A stretch of DNA of 63,156 nucleotides, counting the filler, from Licmophora abbreviata (lineage: Eukaryota): the NCBI GenBank assembly GCA_900291995.1. It is 10 parts of 10 records of this genome, joined end to end, with 100 filler letters (N's around TTAATTAATTAA, not from the genome) between each part and the next. Parts side by side here need not be neighbours in the genome. Positions count along the whole stretch, not along the records: positions 56,263 to 58,661 come from OLMU01004890.1; positions 58,762 to 63,156 come from OLMU01004892.1; 8 more parts are not named here. One strand, written 5' to 3'. Of the stretch, positions 57,039 to 63,156 are shown in pieces. The first letter of the stretch is position 1. Every line of letters starts with the position of its first letter. Position numbers and translations under genes: made by a program. Under the pieces are notes generated by a model, which saw only the letters and a list, made by a program, of their open reading frames with translations, did no database searches and was not told the origin of the DNA.

Positions 57039-57810
57039 GCTTCTTCGCTTCTACAAGGTTATGTCGTGTCTCCGATGCAGCGACACTGAATGAAGGGTTG
57101 AGGAATAGCGACAGCAGCAGCAACACAGAACCATCGCGGAGCATCGAATTTGTTGTTCTCTTGGTTTCCCTTCGAAAGTGTGCCGTATTTGAGCTCCCTA
57201 AGGTCTGGAGGATATTTATTCAGTTTACTTAGAGCTAAATGATTCGCAAACTACAAATCGATTTAAGGGCGATGTCCGTTGAAAAAATTAGGGTGAGCAG
57301 AGAAGCAAGAGGCATTAGCGGTCCTAGAACGTCAAGTTGCGTCCCTCCATCATCTCTTGATTGACTGGATAGTCACATAGCCAACGGTTGTCGACCATGA
57401 GATCTATTGGAGAAGAGGAAAAAGGCAAAATTGAGCCCGTACTGGCGTCGGGAATGTCACTCCTTCACAGTCGATCGGGGCGAGTGGTTGAAGTTTTTGG
57501 ATGGGTCGAAGGAGTCGATAGCACTGACTCACCGGGACTGACTCAACGCCGTGCGTCAGGTCAGCTTTGACACAGTCACATTCGGATTTGGTCGGGTCAA
57601 ACCAGCTGGGTCAAACACATCATATGGACGATTTCGCACGATACCCCAAGATGCTCTTCGAAGCCCTTGGCTCTGGTACTCCTCTGCACCGCCGACGAGC
57701 GTCTCATCTGACTCAATCTCTTGTGAACGCGCAGTGACGTCAGCGATGCTAGAATAGGCCTTAAAATAGGTGATTGATGTCTCATTGTTTCACAATTTCG
57801 ACTCGTAAAC

Positions 57811-59479
57811 ATGAAGATCCACGCAGCTCTCGGTGCGCTTGCCGCCTTTTCCTTCCGGGCGTCCACTGCCCAGACGATCGTCGACATTGCCGTCGGTGAT
57901 GACCGATTCTCGACTCTTGTCACGGCTTTGACGGCCGCCGATCTCGTCGAGCCACTCCAGGGCGATGGTCCCTTCACGGTAAGATCCTTTGGTGGCTGGC
58001 ACGATTGTCGATCTTTGATGATTGCTCACATGCCACGGGTGCAACCGTCCCCCTCCACAGGTGTTTGCTCCACTGAACGAAGCTTTCGACGCGGTTCCCG
58101 CCAAGTACCTCGAAGAAGAATGGAAAGCTCACCTCACCGACATTCTGCTCTATCACGTCATCGGAGCCGAGGTCCTTTCTACTGATCTCATGTTGGACAT
58201 GGAAGCTGAAACGCTCAACGGAGAAAACGTGACCGTGACAAGTCTCGATCCTGTCCAGATCAATGGCGTCGATGTCGTACTTGCCGATGTCGACGCATCG
58301 AATGGTGTCATTCATGCAATCGACGAGGTTCTTCTTCCCACCTCTGCGACCAACACCATTGTCGATCTTGCGGTCAGCAACCCCGACTTCTCCACCCTCG
58401 TCGAGCTTCTTACGGCGGGCGACCTCGTCGGAACGCTCTCGGGAGATGGTCCCTTCACTGTCTTCGCCCCTACCAACGAGGCGTTCGGCAAGCTTCCCGC
58501 CGAAACTGTTGCCTTTCTGACGGACCCAGCGAATGTGGATGCGCTCACGGACGTGCTGACCTACCACGTCGTCGGGGGCATCATTTTGAGCTCAGACCTT
58601 TCCATGGGCGCAAATGTGACAGCCTTGAACGGCGATGTGCTCACTGTCACGTCCATGGACCNNNNNNNNNNNNNNNNNNNNNNNNNNNNNNNNNNNNNNN
58701 NNNNNTTAATTAATTAANNNNNNNNNNNNNNNNNNNNNNNNNNNNNNNNNNNNNNNNNNNNCCTCATGTTGGACATGGATGCCGCTACTCTCAACGGAGA
58801 AAATGTGACCGTGACAAGTCTCGATCCCGTCCAGATCAATGGCGTCGAAGTTGTTCAGGCCGATGTCAACGCATCAAATGGTGTCATTCACGCAATCGAC
58901 GAGGTGCTCCTTCCTTCGTCTGCCACGAACGACATTGTTGACCTCGGTGTTGCGGATGATCGATTTACGACGCTTGTTGAGCTTGTAACAATGGCCGACC
59001 TCGTCGACTTTCTCAAGGGTGAGGGGCCGTTTACTTTGTTTGCCCCTACCAACGAGGCGTTCGGCAAGCTTCCCGCCGAAACTGTAGCGACACTCACGGA
59101 CCCGGCAAATGTGGAGGCGCTCACTGACGTGCTGACCTACCACGTTGTCGAGGGCATCATTCTGAGCACAGACCTCACCATGGGCGCAAATGTGACAGCC
59201 TTGAACGGCGATGTGCTGACTGTCACGTCCATGGACCCCGTCACCATCAACGAGTCGATTGTGATTGAAGCTAATTCGCTTGCCAACAATGGAGTGGTGC
59301 ACGTTATCGATACTGTCCTTGTCTCTTCTGCAGAAGAACCCACGCCTGAACCAACGCCTGAACCAACTCCCGAAACTACCCCCGAACCCACTTCTATGCC
59401 AACAGGCACCTCGGGCGCCGCCACCGTTTCTGCCTTCGGGGTACTAACTGCCAGTGCTTTCGCCGTGCTCTTTTTGTAA
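57811..59479 (+). CDS. Secreted, probably GPI-anchored multi-fasciclin (FAS1) adhesion protein; intron 57979-58060; spans gap
   Basis: Signal peptide; FAS1 motifs [16 protein letters not shown] and [11 protein letters not shown] repeated; EPTP repeats; SGA plus hydrophobic C-terminal tail. Confidence 0.9.
58187..59237 (+). repeat. Intragenic direct repeat: 58187-58661 versus 58763-59237
   Basis: Two collinear 475-nt segments with long identical blocks, one on each side of the gap. Confidence 0.85.
58662..58761. other. Assembly gap linker
   Basis: N-TTAATTAATTAA-N spacer inside the fasciclin repeat. Confidence 0.97.
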
Positions 59480-59788
59480 GGACGAGAGACTACTTTGACG
59501 GAGTAATTTTCGTGTTATGTGTACTTAGAACACATCGACTTGCATCAACTTTTGTTTTCTTCAAGGCTTTTAGTAACTATGAAAACACAGGCAGTGTGCA
59601 CAGCGAGCTGTTCTGAAATATTATTTAGCTAGTGAAGTTCGTCTTCGTAGCCCGTCTTGATCACTACCCCTTCCTCTCCGTCCAATGCTTCGGCTACAGG
59701 AACGCAACGTAAACGCAGTGTTGCACACAGCGCTGACAATATTTATTAGGCTGACACAATCCAGCCCGTCACTATCTCGTCTCGTGTG

Positions 59789-60898
59789 TCAAGACATGTC
59801 GACTTCGGTGCCGAGTCCGAGTTCATTAGCTCGTTCGACGACAAGGGTTGCAGTCATCACGTCTTGAATCGCAGTTCCGACAGCTTTGTAAAAAGTGCAA
59901 TCAATCGCAGCATCTTCAGAAATGTTAGACAGCGACGTCGGATCCTCCAAGGCATCGGCCAGCAGCAATAGTGGGATCTGTTGCTGACTACTACTGTCTT
60001 GTAAGTGTTTCAAGTCGCCTACCGTCTTGGCGTCGGAAGAATCCACCAACAAAACGCTTCTCCTCACAGTTTCAATGTCGACTTCCTGCATGTCGGGAGT
60101 GTAAGACCCAATACCATTGACATGACATCCCGGTTTCAACCAAGCTCCATCAAACAAGGGTGTCGTCGTGTTGGTACATGTAACAACCACGTCAGCCGTC
60201 GAAAGAACATGTTGAACGGAGTCTCGATCATCCAGGAGCACGACGTTGCCATCGATAATAGGTGATGGCAACTTCTCCAACACACGTTCGGCACGTTCTC
60301 TCGTTCGATTCACAATTGTAATTCTGTCGATCGTCGGTCGTACACACAGTATTGCTTCTATATGACACTCGCACTGCAGTCCTGCCCCAAACACCACCAA
60401 GTGGCGCACAGTGTCAGCAGTGTTTCTTGCTTGACACACGAGCTCCGTGGCAACGGCACTTCCCGCAGCTGTCCGCGCTCCCGTCAGATAGGTGCCACTC
60501 ATGACGGCCTGAACAATACCACTGGCTGCATGTATTAGAATTACCGTAGCCGGCACCATGGGCAGTCCTCTCGAGGGATTGTCGGCCCGCACACCGACAA
60601 TCTTCATGCCCATTTGAACAGTACTGTCTTTTGCAGTGGGCGAAGCAGCAGTAGGAGAATCTCCATAGTACGCCGCTGGCTTGAACAAGGACCAATCAGC
60701 TGCACCTTTGTCATTACCCGCTCTCGTGTAATACGGCAGTCCCAACCGCGAGGGAACCACGGCGCCGCCGCCGTGTTCTCGTAGGGCATGCAAGGCACGT
60801 CGATTCACGTCGATACAGTCCTTCATAGACAGGCATTTTCGAACCTCGGTTTCACTCAAGAGTAACATGTGTCGAAGGGCTTTTGTAGATGGGCTCAT
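59789..60898 (-). CDS. Ornithine cyclodeaminase / mu-crystallin family protein
   Basis: GMKIVGVRADNP.RGLP, LTGARTAAGSAVAT, VFGAGLQ, ADVVVTCT, GCHVNGIGSY.P.MQE and YKAVG.AIQD; start at 60898 or 60868. Confidence 0.9.
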   Translation of the reverse strand: MSPSTKALRHMLLLSETEVRKCLSMKDCIDVNRRALHALREHGGGAVVPSRLGLPYYTRAGNDKGAADWSLFKPAAYYGDSPTAASPTAKDSTVQMGMKIVGVRADNPSRGLPMVPATVILIHAASGIVQAVMSGTYLTGARTAAGSAVATELVCQARNTADTVRHLVVFGAGLQCECHIEAILCVRPTIDRITIVNRTRERAERVLEKLPSPIIDGNVVLLDDRDSVQHVLSTADVVVTCTNTTTPLFDGAWLKPGCHVNGIGSYTPDMQEVDIETVRRSVLLVDSSDAKTVGDLKHLQDSSSQQQIPLLLLADALEDPTSLSNISEDAAIDCTFYKAVGTAIQDVMTATLVVERANELGLGTEVDMS

Positions 60899-61144
60899 GA
60901 AGGAAAATACAGTCGTCAAAGAGGTCTGGTGCAGACATTACGCATCACTGAAGCTGCCGCATCGACTGGCATCAACACATCATGGTCGATATTAGATATT
61001 AGTCTTCGCAATTATGTGTCTGTCTGCTTGTTGTCCGTTTCAGTTTTGGCGCGCCATAAATGATGTGAGTGAGTCGAATCGACTCCTGATAGAAGTGTCT
61101 GCTTTCGCGCGTTGGATGCGCGTGGGCAGCGAAATGCGGACGAC

Positions 61145-61168
61145 TGTGTGTGTGTGTGTGTGTGTGTG
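61145..61168 (+). repeat. (TG)12 microsatellite
   Basis: Perfect dinucleotide run in the OCD/ARP4 divergent intergenic region. Confidence 0.95.
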
Positions 61169-61316
61169 GCAGGTTGTTGTAGAAGCTGAGACCTCGGACG
61201 ACTGTATGCGAAGATTTTGCCGCCGCTTGGACGATGAATGTTTTGTGTGTCGTCGACAGACGCATACTACGGCGCTGCTGTCCTAAACAAAGTGTCCTCC
61301 TTACTCACTGCCTACC

Positions 61317-63024
61317 ATGGCTGCGTATACACCGGGTGAGGTGGTTCATGCCATTGTGGCCGATATGGGCCAGTACAGTACGAAAATTGGATTTGCAGGC
61401 GAAGACTATCCACGCTCCTACTTTCGATCGGTGCGTGCGTACGGACAGATTCAGGGACATCATCACTGCCTTATCTGCTCTTCTGACAAGTCATTTGTCT
61501 CTTTCATATTTCTCTCTGTTCTAAATTCAGACGGTCGCTGTATTGCGAGAAGGTGAGGACGCCAACACAGCCTCCAGCAGTGGTGGAACGTCGACCCACC
61601 CTGCGTCGTCATCGCCTACCAAAAGGCCTCGTGCACGCCGTCGTCCCATCCAGGACGTCAAGTATGACTATTTTACGCGTCCCACCGGCTATCCGGACGA
61701 TTCCGATGGCAAGTGGCAAGTCAAGAATCCCGTCGAGCCCACAACGGGGCTATGGTACGACTATCCCGCCAGCGAGCACGGCGACGGCGGTGCCGATTGG
61801 CATGACTTGTTTCAAACACTACTACATCATGGCTACGACTCGGCTCTAAACACAAGACCGGCAGATCATCCCCTCATGCTCGTGGAACGTTCCTACAATC
61901 CTCCCCCCATTCGCCAACAAGTTATAGAATGCCTCTTTGAAGAAATGAATGTGCCGGCGGCGTTTCTCGCGCGGGACGCGACTCTGGCCTGCTATGGCTG
62001 TGGTCGCACCACCAGTACAGTCGTGGACATGGGGCACAACGGGACAGTCGTGACTCCCGTCTATGATGGCTATGTAGAGCAGAAGGGGATTCGGCGTAGT
62101 CCGATGGGAGCAATGGCCATGGATCAAGCAATTTTGACGCATCTGGATGAGTTGGCCAGCAAGCGTCCGTTCTTGCCGCTCTACCAAGTGCGGAAATTCA
62201 GCAAGCGGGCGGAGCCCTTTCATCGCGTGGCGCGTCTCGATGTGGCGCGACAAGCACGAGAGGCGGGTGCGGGAGCAACCGTGGCGGCGTCTAACCTAGA
62301 AGGAGGGTCCTACAGCGTGCCGCATGTGTCCTTCGAGTTGCCAGATGGACAAAAGGTGCAGGTGCCGTCGAAGCAGCGATTCGCAGTGGCGGATCTGCTG
62401 CTAGGGAAAGATGAAGAGAGTGTTTCACAGAGAGAAGAAGCAGTGGCAGCTCAGCAAAAGCAGTTCACGTCACTCGTGACGGCTGCGTCTCATAACAATC
62501 AGGATGGAGACGAAGCGGATGACGAAGCGCACAAGGAGCTGTACTCGGAAGCTGGAGCTGTGGGAGTTGCACAGCGCAACAAGGGCGCTGACAGAAAAGT
62601 CGCAAAAGTTCCATTCTCGAATCGTCATTTGCAGCGCGCGTGCGTATCGTATCTGCAGGGTCATATGGAGCAATTGACGGCTTCTCCAATCCCTTCCATG
62701 GTCTGCGACGCTGCCTTTCGTTGCGACCGGGATCAGCAGGCGTCTCTTCTTGGAAACGTCGTTCTGGGTGGCGGGGGAGCTTGTCTGGGTCCAACGGAAC
62801 AAGCCGTTCCTGACGTTTTGCGAGAGCAAATGGAAGCCATTATCCATACACATACGCCCGGGTGGCGTGTGAAGGTGCTTGCACCGGGAATGCAGGAGCG
62901 AGCAATCTTGAGCTGGCTTGGAGGGAGCATTCTTGGGAGTCTAGGCACGTTCGACAAGATGTGGATTTCTCGCGCCGAATATGAAGAGTGGGGCGCAGCC
63001 ATTGTCAATCGCAAGTGTCCGTAG
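61317..63024 (+). CDS. ARP4: Nuclear actin-related protein 4 (ARP4/BAF53-like); intron 61431-61530
   Basis: YTPGEVVHAIVADMG..STKIGFAGEDYPR, LFEEMNVPA, VTPVYDGY, FELPDG, SWLGGSILGSLGTF..MWISRAEYEE.G..IV.RKCP. Confidence 0.88.
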
Positions 63025-63156
63025 GTAGCCGAGTGTGCTAGGTTCGACAGGCGAACTTACGAGCTAGCGTTAACTTTATGGTCACGCTGTAGTAGGTACT
63101 GTAGCTGATTTTCGTTATGTAGAATGAGAGACGCATCAATAGGTATTTATCATGCT

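Noticed and set aside
1881..58761. Nine identical TTAATTAATTAA elements flanked by N runs
   Set aside because: Artificial scaffold linkers with stops in six frames, not a repeat family or CRISPR-like array; ORFs ending in X...LIN are artefacts
61145..61168. (TG)12 tract as a special element
   Set aside because: Ordinary microsatellite

Overview
Gene-dense eukaryotic nuclear DNA with short GT-AG introns. It is most likely a diatom (stramenopile), judged from bipartite plastid-targeting presequences, a diatom-type cyclin, bZIP-PAS and double-bZIP factors, a PLAC8 gene and a CRT-like transporter. The window is a draft scaffold of 10 contigs joined by nine artificial 100-nt N-TTAATTAATTAA-N linkers. 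At least two joins are contig overlaps, and several genes carry single-base homopolymer deletions that look like sequencing errors. About 37 protein-coding genes can be read, mostly housekeeping (BIO3-BIO1, INO1, GlyRS, FANCL, RPT3, RPT4, RAD6/UBC2, DIS3L2, RPF2, ARP4, ornithine cyclodeaminase). I found no rRNA, tRNA, CRISPR array or transposon. The most interesting items are: (1) a possibly secretory-pathway ribokinase fused to a xylose-isomerase-like domain; (2) a ~45-aa VxAPxxLPxGYxF...VPxGGVxxGxxF module shared by two unrelated genes with an intron at the identical codon boundary; (3) a SAP plus Cys/His-rich protein behind a cluster of four E2F-like sites; (4) an organelle-targeted protein made of phage-integrase-repeat-like units; (5) an FRG1-like protein whose core resembles a phage-tail beta motif; (6) adjacent bZIP-PAS (LOV-like, no cysteine) and double-bZIP genes; (7) a BCL7-like protein. 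All family calls come from motif recognition by eye; no database search was run.
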